Source: Octopus sinensis (taxonomy: Eukaryota). From it: a DNA stretch of 64,000 bases. Under the pieces are notes generated by a model, which was given only the letters and a program-made list of their open reading frames with translations, was not told the origin of the DNA and made no database searches. Positions 35,987-47,489 of this stretch are shown piece by piece. The stretch covers positions 62,062,001 to 62,126,000 of the forward strand of contig NC_043001.1 in NCBI RefSeq assembly GCF_006345805.1, written 5' to 3'. Made by a program: the position numbers and the translations under genes. Position 1 is the stretch's first letter, and each line of letters begins with the position of its first letter.

Positions 35987-36648
35987 CTCTTTGACTGCTA
36001 TTTCTAAATTCGGTATGTGGTAAGGCAATTCGTTGCTAAACCTTTATTGCTTAGTATTACTTAAATTTTCCTCGAATGAGGCTTTTACATGCCGAAGACT
36101 ACTTGGTGTAATTGATAATTATTCCAAATTAATTAATTTCACCCTTCATTATTACGGATAACCATATTTTATCTCAGTAGATGACCACAGCATCTTGTTT
36201 TGGCTACACGCGGGTGGGAAGGGGCTGGTGACACAATCTTTTCATTCACACATTGAATTTGGTGATACTAGTTGCGGATTCTAGCTCGCTCTGATACTGA
36301 GTTGAGTTGGTGCCTTCTAGTATCTCAAAATTCAATATATAATCATTTATGATTATAGTATTCTACGCTGAAGAGAAAAGAAGTTTTGGTAAGGTAGAAT
36401 TATTTAATATTTAATTCTTATGCTTTCCTAAAAACTTGATTTCGAAACGTGGCGTCCGTAGATAACTTAAAATTGTATGATAGATTGCCGTCAATTCATT
36501 CTCTCTTACCTGTTTGTGTCTGCCTTCCAATTGCTGTTTTTACTGAGATCTCCCTTTTTAGTAGAAGAAATAGCTATAACTCTTTGACTGCTATTTCTAA
36601 ATTCGGTATGTGGTAAGGCAATTCGTTGCTAAACCCTTTATTGCTTAG
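35984..36648 (+). mobile_element. Non-coding ~592-bp unit with a ~72-bp terminal direct repeat and an intact hammerhead, flanked by (AT)n
   Basis: tataactctttgactgctatttctaaattcgg...gcttagta at about 35984 and 36576. Confidence 0.85.
36362..36462 (+). ncRNA. Type I hammerhead ribozyme with extended stem II
   Basis: tctacg-CTGAAGA-gaaa[...aagttttgg...aaaaactt...]tttc-GAAAC-gtggc-GTC-cgtaga; 6-bp stem I, GUC site after 36456. Confidence 0.85.
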
Positions 36649-36704
<56 letters not shown>

Positions 36705-36733
36705 TATATATATATAATATATATATATATATA

Positions 36734-36799
<66 letters not shown>

Positions 36800-36803
<4 letters not shown>

Positions 36804-38720
36804 TAGAAAAAAAACACCTTTTATCAATTCAAAATGAACAATTAAATTACACCATCCAGAAAATAACATATAATAAAGTATTAAAATTAAAATAACAATA
36901 ATATACCGATGATTAAGTAAATTGCAAAAAAATAATAAAAACGTATATAATTGGTAGAATAACGACACATGTTTCGTGGCTATATTTAAGAGATGATTAT
37001 AGTAAAAAAATTAATAGTAGAAGTAAAATCACTTCGATATAAATATAGCCACTCATCAGGTTTAAAATAAACTAGAACAATAAAATAATTAATTAATAAA
37101 TATACTTTAAATATATATATTTATATAACTAAAAACAATACTTAAATTATTCAATAGGTTAAAATTAATTAATATACACAATACACAAGTCATTAATATT
37201 GTAATCAAAATAAGAAATGGTTCAAATATAGACAAACTCATTAAATAAGCTAACTATATAATTAATATATGTGTAGTATCTATAGATTTAATATATCATT
37301 CTATAATATAGTTGACTAAATATCAATTAATATAATACCTAATTATCTTAAATTTAATACTACTTAATAAATATACCACCTATTAATTAAATAATATATT
37401 GTCTAACAAAATTAATTCTCAAACTAAATTAAATGTAATACGTTAGATCCCTTTATATAAAAAAAACTAAATAAATAGATATAAGAATAATATCTATCGT
37501 AACTTATAACTATCAAAATATATAAAAATGATATAATGGCGGGAATTATTTGCTAATGGAAAGTAAGAAACATTTAAGCCCCATAAAGAAAGGTGCAAAA
37601 ATATTAGAACAAATGAACAATACACTATGAAGATTTTCAATCACAACCACCAGTTCATAACAAATCCACTCAATTACAATAATAATAATAACAACGATCA
37701 AACTCAAGATAATACAAGATTCAAATAATATTGATAAACAAACTATGTTACGAAGTTCAACGATTAAATTTATTTATCTGGATTTTAAATGTATAAAAAT
37801 ATGTTTTAGCGTCTAATTAATATACCCAATGTTATTACTAGTCATAAATAATACAATCAAAAATAGGAAATAGTTCAAATATACACAAATCCATTATATA
37901 AGCTAACTATATTATTAATATCTATGTGTAATATCTATAGATTTAATATTTCACACGATAATAAAGTTAAACATAATATTAATATTAATTAAAATAAAAA
38001 CTAATTTACTTAAACGTAATACTACTTAATAAAAATATTACCTAATTATTAAAAAATATATATCTAACGAAACTAGTTCTCAAATTAAATTATATGTAAA
38101 ACGTTAAATCCCTATATAAAAATTAAAAGATATCATATCTAATATCGAACGTAAAAAATAACTATGAAGAAACTATAAATAAATAATAATATTACAACAA
38201 CAATAATAATAATTTCAAATCTCAAACGATTCCAAATCCAAATGAAATAGATAAACAATAAAATGTAAAATGTAACTTATCTTGGCGAAGGAAAAATTTT
38301 AACTGAATTTAAACGTAAAAATAGTTAAGAACGTTTATAAAATTTAACGCGTGAAGACATAGTGCAAAGAAATAGAATAAATTTTCAATGAAAATGGCAA
38401 ATTGTGTTATTAATGAAAAAAAAACGAAAAAACATTTAAGCCTCATGAACTAAATACATGTGAGAAAAAACACAACTTATGGAGAAACTACCATGAAGAC
38501 ACCCAACTACAACTAACATACTCCTATTAATAATTCAATAACAATATCAACAACAACTAATTATTAATCCCCAAACAATACAAAATCCAAACAAAATGGA
38601 GGGAAAAAAACGTTGCTTAGTTGAGAAAGTATCACTAGATTGTAAACATAAAGAATAGTTCTTAGCGTTTATAAGAAATAAAACTCGTGGAGACGTTGCG
38701 CGGAAAAATAGAATGAATTA
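36800..38720 (-). repeat. Very AT-rich region with diverged internal duplications (~650-bp period), ending 3' at (AGAT)n/(AT)n
   Basis: 37195-37500 resembles 37850-38150; 37640-37830, 38180-38400 and 38540-38720 are mutually similar. Confidence 0.6.
36961..37062 (-). ncRNA. Type I hammerhead ribozyme with a 13-bp perfect stem II base
   Basis: aac-CTGATGA-gtggctatattta[...]taaatatagccac-GAAAC-ATGT-GTC-gtt; stem I is only 3 bp in this copy. Confidence 0.78.
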
Positions 38721-38744
38721 TTAATGAAAAATACATCTGCGAAT

Positions 38745-39680
38745 TCAAAGGGCAGCAAAAGCATTTGGTGGCTTGGAGTCACGCGTTTGGTGCCAGTGAC
38801 ATATGAATAACAATACAAAGCTGGCTCTTATCATTTGTCTTACCATCTCTGTTGCATTCTTGTAAAACATGAACTTGTTATGAAAGGCATTTTAAATTGT
38901 TAGAGCAAATCCACCAAAAAATGCCTTCATCGCATTTTAAATATTAAATGGAGTTCTTTTACTCCAAACACAGATGTCCTTGCATCTGCAGGAATCACCT
39001 CAATTAAAGCGATGCTTTTAAGAAACCAAATGAGATGGTGTGGCCATTTGGTTCGAATGGCGGATGAACGCATGCCCAAACAGCTGCTTTATGGTGAGCA
39101 TGCAGAGCAGAAACGCTATCGGCGTACACCTAAAAAAGGTTTAAGGACAGCGTAAGGACTATTATGAAGTCACTTGAAATGGATCGAGAGGACAGAAACT
39201 CTTGCTTCAGATCGAGCTGGATGGCGAACAAAAGTGTGAAGTGGAATGAAAGCGTTTGAAGAGACCAGGATAACGCATACAAGACTCAAAGAAAGATTTA
39301 AGGAAGAATGTTACGATCGAGAAGGTGAATCCCAATGACCTTTTCGTGTGAACAGTTTGTGATAGACCATGCCTTTCTTTTGCTGGGCTCAAATCTCATT
39401 TGCGAACCCATGGAAAACGAACCTCTACCAACTACTCTGCCTGTATGTCTGTGCACACCTTTGAATGCAATGTATGTCAGAAGGTTTACAAATCAAACGG
39501 AGGCCTCAAAAGACATTTTAAGATCCACAAAGATCAGAACTTATCTGCAGTTCTTGATGATCCAAATCGCACATCAGATGCCAAGATGGTTCTTAGGTGT
39601 AGGTACAGGAGGTGATCAAACTCTGCTTAAGAAGCAGACAGCAGATGCACATGAGTACAAGAGCGTGCATGGATACTCAC
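38745..39680 (+). mobile_element. RTE/BovB-like LINE C-terminal remnant with C2H2 zinc fingers
   Basis: AAKAFGGLESRVW, ILNIKWSSFTPNTDVL, QMRWCGHLVRMADERMPKQLLYGE; CDRPCLSFAGLKSHLRTH and FECNVCQKVYKSNGGLKRHFKIH. Confidence 0.85.
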
Positions 39681-39873
39681 CTGCACGTGTGTATATATAT
39701 CTGTGTATATGCGTATGTCTGCCTGTCTGTATGTATGTATTTATGTATGTATGTATGTACGTACGTACGTATGTATGTATGTATGTATGTATGTATGTAT
39801 GTATGTATGTATGTATGTATGTATTATGTATGTATACGTAGGTACGAAATTGTGTGTGTATATGCATGCTGAA

Positions 39874-39908
<35 letters not shown>

Positions 39909-40140
39909 CATGTATATTGACACACACACACACAAACACATATATATTTGTATATGTATGTGTGTGCGTCTGTGTGCACGCATATATATGTGTATATGTG
40001 TATGTATATATGTGTATATGTGTATGTATGCATGTACCTCTGTGTATGTGCGGATGAATGTATGCGTGCGGGTATATGCGTGTATCTGTGTATACATGTG
40101 GGTATACAGATAGAATATATGTGTGTGTGTAGAAGGTAGA
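39680..40140. repeat. Compound (GTAT)n/(GT)n/(AT)n microsatellite
   Basis: Direct inspection; source of many spurious ORFs. Confidence 0.9.
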
Positions 40141-40149
40141 AAAGTTACA

Positions 40150-40403
40150 CGCAAGTTTATATGTATAAGGAAAATAAGACAAGTTAGAAAATGCTAAAAT
40201 AATTTTATCATGAAGTACATTGTAGTACCGGTTTCTGTCATTTTAGACTTTTCAACTAAGAGTAAAATAAAAACAATTAAGTTGGAGAAAAAAATTATGT
40301 GACATGTTTTATAGATATTTTCATAGTCTTTGAATAGGTAAATATTTCCATCGTTTTCAGGCAGTCTGTCTCTCTCTATCTCTCTCTCAATCTCTCTCTC
40401 TCT

Positions 40404-40462
<59 letters not shown>

Positions 40463-42310
40463 CTGTTCCTTTGTGAATGCCTAGCAGGTAGGTAGGTTGT
40501 TGTAAATTTGAAGGAATAGTTTGGGTACAGACAGTTGATGATTTAAGCAGGAGCAGACGAAGGAGGAGGGGAAAGTGGGAGAAGTGGAAGAAGGAGGAGC
40601 TAGGAGGAGGAGGAATTGAAGGAGAAGATGAAGGAGGAAGAGAAGTAGGAGTAGGGAAAGAGGAGGAAGAAGGAGAAAGAAAAGAAAAGAAAAGAAAAAT
40701 ATAGGAGTGCTGTGCCGCAGTGAATTGTTCGTGGAATCTTCTTTAATGGTTAAATGACCTAAAAGTAACCTGCTGTGGCCGTAGTAGTAGTTGTGGGAAT
40801 GTTCTAAATTCTTGTTGTAGTTCTATCTGAGGTGGCAGAATTCAAAAGAGGTTTAAATTTTGTGATAAAGTATTCTTCTTTGCTGATGCGCTGACTATAA
40901 TTTGCATTGTCCCTGAATTTATAGAGGACAAAAATTCTGAAGTTGTGTTGTTCTTTAGTGGCGCAAATATCGATGTGCTCGCTTAATCCTATTTTTCTGT
41001 ATTCTCGTATTTTAATTTGTAATCTATGTACCATCATCTTCTGACGAAATTGTTTTTAATTTTACTAATATATTGTTCTTGACACCCTGAGCAAATTAAT
41101 ACATATATTAGGTTTTCCGAAGCACATGTGAAGTTGTTCTTCACTAAAAAACGTTAACCCTGTTTGAAGGGGAATTCTGATCCTTCAATTAGGTTGACAC
41201 ATATACCACAGTTAGGTCTTCCGCATTTTTTACTGTTGGTTTTGATGTTGTTGACGGGTGTACTTGGGCCTGTCTTAGATGACTTTTCATACACTTGGGT
41301 TGTATTTTGCTCTTTATGATGGTGTGTATTTGGAGGATGTGATCCATTCTATGGTCCCTTTTTAGTAAAGGGATGGTGTCGAATGCCTCATTGTTGAGGA
41401 GTTTGTGCGTGGATAATTATGGTAGGGCTTTTGGTTGTAAATCCTTCTTTAGTTTGGGATGTCTGAATTTGTGGATGTTGAGTTGTCGGGCTCGTTGAAA
41501 GCCTATATCAATTAGTGATGATGGGTAGTTCCTACTGATAAGTGTGTCCTTTAGTTCGTGTAGTCGTGTGTCTTTATCAGGTTGTAAGGGATATTCATTC
41601 TAGTGTGTCTGGTGTGGCGAGAGTTGAATAGCAGATATTGATTGAAATCTGTAGACTTATAGTAGATATCTGTTTCTATTTTGTTGGTAGATTTCTTAAT
41701 GAAGTTGTCAAGGAATGGAAGTTGTTGGTGGCTATATTCCAGATGGAAATGCAAGAACTTAGAACATTCCCACCACAACTGCTACGACCACAACAGGTCA
41801 CTTTTAGGTCATTTACTGTGGTACAGCACTCCTATATTTTTCTTTTCTTTTCTTTCTATTTCTCCCTCCTCTTTCCCTACTCCTACTTCTCTTCCTCCTT
41901 CATCTTCTTCAATTCCTCCTCCTCCTCTTTCTTCTTCTCCCACTTCTTTTTCTCCTCTCTCGGCTGCTCCCGCTTAAAGCATCGACTATCTGTACCCAAA
42001 CTATTCCTTCAAATTTACTACTACTACCTACCTACCTACCTACCTACCTACCTACCTACCTACCTACCTACCAACCTACCAGACATTCAAAAAGGAATAG
42101 AGAGAGAAACAGACAGACTGCCTGAAAACTATGGAAATATTTACTTATTCAAAGACTATGAAAATACTACAAAACGTTTCTCAAATTTAATTGTTTTTCT
42201 TATTTTACTCTTAGTTGAAAAAGTCAAAAATGGCAGAAACCGGTACTAAAATATACTCCATGATAAAATTATTTTAGCATTTTCTACTATGACTTATTTT
42301 CTTTATATAT
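40150..42310 (-). mobile_element. Penelope-like remnant (RT C-terminus to GIY-YIG) with an inverted ~550-bp copy of its 3' UTR at the 5' side
   Basis: LPFLDNFIKKSTNKIETDIYYKSTDFNQYLLFNSRHTRHTRMNIPYNL; HRLQIKIREYRKIGLSEHIDIC...KEEYFITKFKPLLN; arms at about 40150-40815 and 41750-42310 are inverted homologs. Confidence 0.9.
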
Positions 42311-42671
42311 ATATATGCGCGTGTGTGTGTGTATGTGTGTGTGCGCGCGCGTGTGTGTGTGTATGTGTGTGTGCGCGCACGTGTGTGTGTGTACATGAAC
42401 ATATATGTTTTTATATTTTTATTCACACTTTATAAATAAATATTTCATTCTGTTATTAACTATAAACTTACCTTATTTAAATTTAACTTACCTCTATCAT
42501 CTCTATTTACTTTATTGTTCTAAGTTTATTTACCCATTCTACTTTATCTCTAATCAACCTGTAAACTCCTCGTCCGAGCATATAAGAATACAAATCATAA
42601 GCCATAACATTCAGTCAACTAAAATGAATTCATAAGCACGCATATAACATCCAAATGTACATATTTTTCCC

Positions 42672-43085
42672 TCTACTCTTTTACACTTTTATTTGTTTCA
42701 GTCATTTGACTGCAGCCATGCTGGAGCACCGCATTTAGTCGAGCAAATCGACCCCGGGACTTATTCTTTGTAAGCCCAGTACTTATTCTATCGGTCTCTT
42801 TTGCCGAACCGCTAAGTGACGGGGACATAAACACACCAGCATCGGTTGTCAAGCAATGCTAGGGGGACAAACACAGACACACACACATACACGCACATAT
42901 ATATATACATATACATATATACGACAGGCTTCTTTCAGTTTCCGTCAACCAAATCCACTCACAAGGCTTTGGTCGGCCCGAGGTTATAGTAGAAGACACT
43001 TGCCCAAGGTGCCACGCAGTGGGACTGAACCCGGAACCATGTGGTTAGTAAGCAAGCTACTTACCACACAGCCACTCCTGCGCCT
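42672..43085 (-). mobile_element. Full-length SINE family A
   Basis: Nearly the same as 14316-14734. Confidence 0.92.
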
Positions 43086-43241
43086 CTGATGATATTGTTC
43101 TCATATCACATAAATGTAAATTTAATGTGTATTGAGTATCAACTGAAACGGCTGTAAGTCAAGATGACCAATTTGCCGTTAATAAAAAAAAAAACAATTA
43201 TTAACTTCCTGATCTCCATGTTTTCGTCTTTTAAATATATA

Positions 43242-44285
43242 CTAGCATTATGACCCGTCGTTGCCGGGTCATAGTGCTAGTGCATGTATATATGTGTACA
43301 TATTACATGTACATCTATATATATACATCTACACATAAAATACAAAATACAAAGTTATATCTTGATATCGCTAGTGATAACAATACTCAAAATATATAAC
43401 AGACTGGAATTGTAAGCCCGTCTCTTGCAATTTCGATCAATTGTATCTTGTCCTCTCTCTTGTATAGAAGTGTGGCTACAATCCAGCCTACCTCTACTTC
43501 TGGGGGGACATTTTAAATTTTTATCCGGGACGTCCTACATCCCAGATATAAAGGTAAAAATAAAATATTTCCAGTTTGCAAGGTTCGAGTCGAGTACTCC
43601 CTTGCACGCTCCGTTCAGTCGAACCTTGCTTCTAATGTGGCGAATTTACCGCCTCTAGTTAGATATCTTTCATAGTCGCACCAAGACACTTTTCGATGGT
43701 GCTTTCCTCCAGGTGTTCAAATCTTCTTTTTTCTCTACATTGTATACTTTATAGACAATAGTCTTTTCTTTGATTTAATTTTTTATTTCGTTTGGTGGTG
43801 TTTTACTTTTGTTATGTTACGATTATATTATACTTTAGTTTGATTTTAATTATTACTTACTACATATAATTCAATTGTTATTATTATCTCTAATTTTACA
43901 GTGAAAGTATCTGACATACAATAGAGAAATGTTTTTGTTTCACTTTTAACACGTAATACTGAAATAATGGAGAAGATATGATATTGCTATGGGCTCGCTC
44001 TTGGCAAGTTGAACATATTTTGCCCATGAAACTACATGGACCCTAAGTAAGGTATGTGTAAAATTTGAATGAAATTGGTTGTGTAGTTCTCAAGTTTTAG
44101 GGAATCGTAGTGTAGAAGATATGATATCGCTGTGGGCTCGCCCTAGACAAAAAGTTAAAAACTTTTTTTGCCGATGACACTCCCCGGACCCTAAGTAAGG
44201 CATGTGTAAAATTTGAATGAAATTTGTTGTGTAGTTCTCAAGTTTTAGGGAAACACACAGACAGACAAACAGATACACATTCTCA

Positions 44286-44300
<15 letters not shown>
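43242..44300 (-). mobile_element. Non-autonomous Helitron-like element
   Basis: Minus 5' (TA)n-AAAACTGAGAATGTGTATCTG; internal ~150-bp duplication (about 44035-44100 / 44185-44250); 3' hairpin ending CTAG|T at 43242. Confidence 0.7.
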
Positions 44301-44343
<43 letters not shown>

Positions 44344-44434
44344 TTTACATGACGGTTTAAGCATCGATTAACTTGTTATGTTATCTCGTTCGAAATACCA
44401 ATTTTCTATGTACTGGAGGAAGAGAAAGCAGGAT

Positions 44435-44493
<59 letters not shown>

Positions 44494-46426
44494 AAAAGGA
44501 AGCGGTAGTAAAAGATAATTTCTTCGTATGACTATATAAAAGTATTATAGTATACGTATTTCTTAAGCAGATAGCTTGTAATACGTATAGTAAGATCTAG
44601 AATCGAACCTAAAATCCCCAGTGAACAGTTTGATACCACGCGTTGATCACGCTTATGTCATATGATCTGTCTTGATCATCAGCCAATCGATTTGCAGTAA
44701 TATTATGCTATATCCTGAATACACCACCCATATTGTCTTTGAAGTACTCACGTTTTCTCTAGTTATTTAAGCAGAAGAACAAGAAGCCAGAGGCGGTTTA
44801 AATTTCATTGAAGTCACATCTGCATTCTCAACAGGAAAGCACATTGCAGAATATACGAGTCTTAATGAAGCACTTAGTCTTTGCAGCGCCTACTTTCCTG
44901 TGCTGAATTCCAGCTAGAAAAGAAAGGAATTCTTCATGATCACAAACCAACATTCTCCAACTGCACGAATCTTATTAGCCATTACTACACCCGATTCTAA
45001 TCTCCTACATTCTCTACCAACAGTCTTTAGTTTATATTCAATTGTTCTCTGATTCAATAAATATTATAATTAAAATATATTGTTTGCATCTGTTCATCCT
45101 GTATGCATAACACGCAGCCCAGTTAACATCCCACAATAGTAAAATGCTCATGATAATCAAACCAGGGAGAACGTTGACATCTAGAAGCCAACTTATATTA
45201 CATTACTGTAAAAAAAATTCTGCTTATTTCTCTTTTGATACACTGATTTTACAGTGAATTGCCTCTTAACAATAGAGTGAGAATCATTTCACAAATATGT
45301 TATCAAATTTAGAAGAGGATAATCTTTCATTGTGTTGACTGACATCATTTATTTATCAACACGTAAAGGCAGTTCTCCAACATGGACTTGAACAGAATAC
45401 CGAAAAGAACATGATACTTATTCAACTCCTGGGTTTTTTTTTTTTTTGGTTTTTTTTGTGAATGTTTTACACACTAAATATATTTATACCCACGTAATTA
45501 CTACTTATCTTGGGAAGAGAGAACTTAGCAGGCAGAAACGGCACAGCACTGCACAAATTCCTTTGTTACATATAGTTACTTCAAATTCCACCAATATCAG
45601 ATTTGCTTTTGCCTTCCAAGTGGAAAAAATATAGTGCTAGTCAATTTCTGGGTTTTATATTCTTCACCCACAAGATTAGTCGCCTGCTGTCGATGACAGA
45701 AATCCTTATTTTGCGGATAGGATTTCAGATTATTTGATACGGCAGAAATTGTATTCACCTCAATAGACGTCATTGATTGGTTGAAATTGCCGAAATGCAA
45801 GAAATTAAACAATAGCTTACAAACTACAGAATTTTCTTACGAAATCCAAGAGAAAAAGATGTTTTATGTAACACACTACCAGTATACGAAGTTTAAAAGT
45901 GTTTAGTTACAAAGAAATTATTTTAAAAATCTGCCGGTCAAAGCGAAAAGATCCAAGATGTACTTTGAGACATTAATAATCAAGCAATTATCGTTTCATA
46001 TGTCCACATTTTTATATTAAATATGTGGGGAAAGAAAGAGTTATGGTTTCAATTCGACATTGGTGATATATTGTAATCATGGTCAAGATACTTCCTAACT
46101 GTAAGCAGTTATTGTGGTATGATACAGTTTCGGTAAATACACTTAATGTATGAAGAGTATTTCGTTAGTTTAGAGTTCATACGAATATGTTGAAGGAGAT
46201 CTCCTCTACATAACTTTTACTAAATTCACCACTTTTACAAACTGGTTGATCATACACGCACTCTACATACACTTTCGTTTTCCTTACTAGCTTCAATTTG
46301 TAGGAATTCAAGACCAACATCAATTGCATCGATCTACAAGGGATGCCATAAGTCATGAGCACTGCTTTGCAGTCTACGAGTAGTATTCAAAAGGAAATAA
46401 ACATTTTTGCCTATATGTATATATTA

Positions 46427-47226
46427 CTAGCAGAGATACCCAGCCTTGCTCGGGATTAAAATGGCATAGTTTGAGTACATATTACAGTTCTGTTGGAACA
46501 GGTGATACGGGAAAGTGCAGCATTGACGACAAAACATTAGTGGAGAAAATAATGGGCTAATTCGACTAAGCGACAGGTCATGCATCCGTTTGGAGTATTC
46601 CAGGCCCTAGCTTCTCGTGGAAAATTGGGGGGGGGGGGGGGTTAGTGCATGCCTTTGCTGATGTTGGAAAAGTCTCATCTCCCTTCTCTCTTGAGACTTC
46701 ATTTGACGTACTGCAGCATGAGTGCCGATCTTGGGAAAGTTTCACCTCCCTTTTCTATTGAGGCTCCATTAATTTAAGGGTAAATTTGTAATTGTAAATA
46801 CCTTGCAACCTTGCAACTGCTGCGATAATGACTAACTGGTAATTGAACGGTAAATGTGTATTTTTATATGCCTTGGACCTGCCACCTAATTGTTTTTTGT
46901 CAAGAGTTTCACTTCCAGCCGTTCATTATGTCAGTCAACACATACACTGACACACCATTCCGCTGTCATGACGGAAAGTTGCTGATGCATAATGTTGTTC
47001 ACATTTGGATATAAATTATTCATTTATTTATCGCAGCAGAATAACAGTGAAAGAATAAAAGTGTAACAATATAATATAACATTACACTATAGATCTTATT
47101 CTTTCACTTTTGACACGTAATACTAAATCAGTGCCAATGTTATATTGTTTTAATCCAAATGAAAAAAAAGTACACATTGTGATACTCACAGGCAGACAGA
47201 CAAACAAAGAATTTTATATATGTAGA
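46427..47226 (-). mobile_element. Non-autonomous Helitron
   Basis: Minus 5' TCTACATATATAAAA; minus 3' cccgagcaaggctggg-tatctctg-CTAG|T. Confidence 0.75.
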
Positions 47227-47489
47227 CAAGGAAGTCAATTTATAGAGAGAACTTACAAGCCTTGTTTGAGCGTATAAAGCTCTAGAAGAAAAAAGCTTGA
47301 GTGAAAAAACTTGAACCGCTTTAGGATAGCTTTTTCTAACGCATGACCGCTCAGAAGTGTAATTGAAATCTCATTGATTAGTAATAAAGGTTTTGTAAAT
47401 AATTTTCAGTTCCTTTTTTGATCATTCCAAGTGTTTCTGCAATCACTGGTATTGTAACCGTCTTGAGATGCCACATCTTTTCGATTTCG

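Noticed and set aside
39335-40182. Many overlapping ORFs (also 16639-16869, 51617-54785, 55754-56666, 57889-61109)
   Set aside because: Translations of microsatellites (YI, CV, HT, poly-N/I/L/S/R runs), not genes
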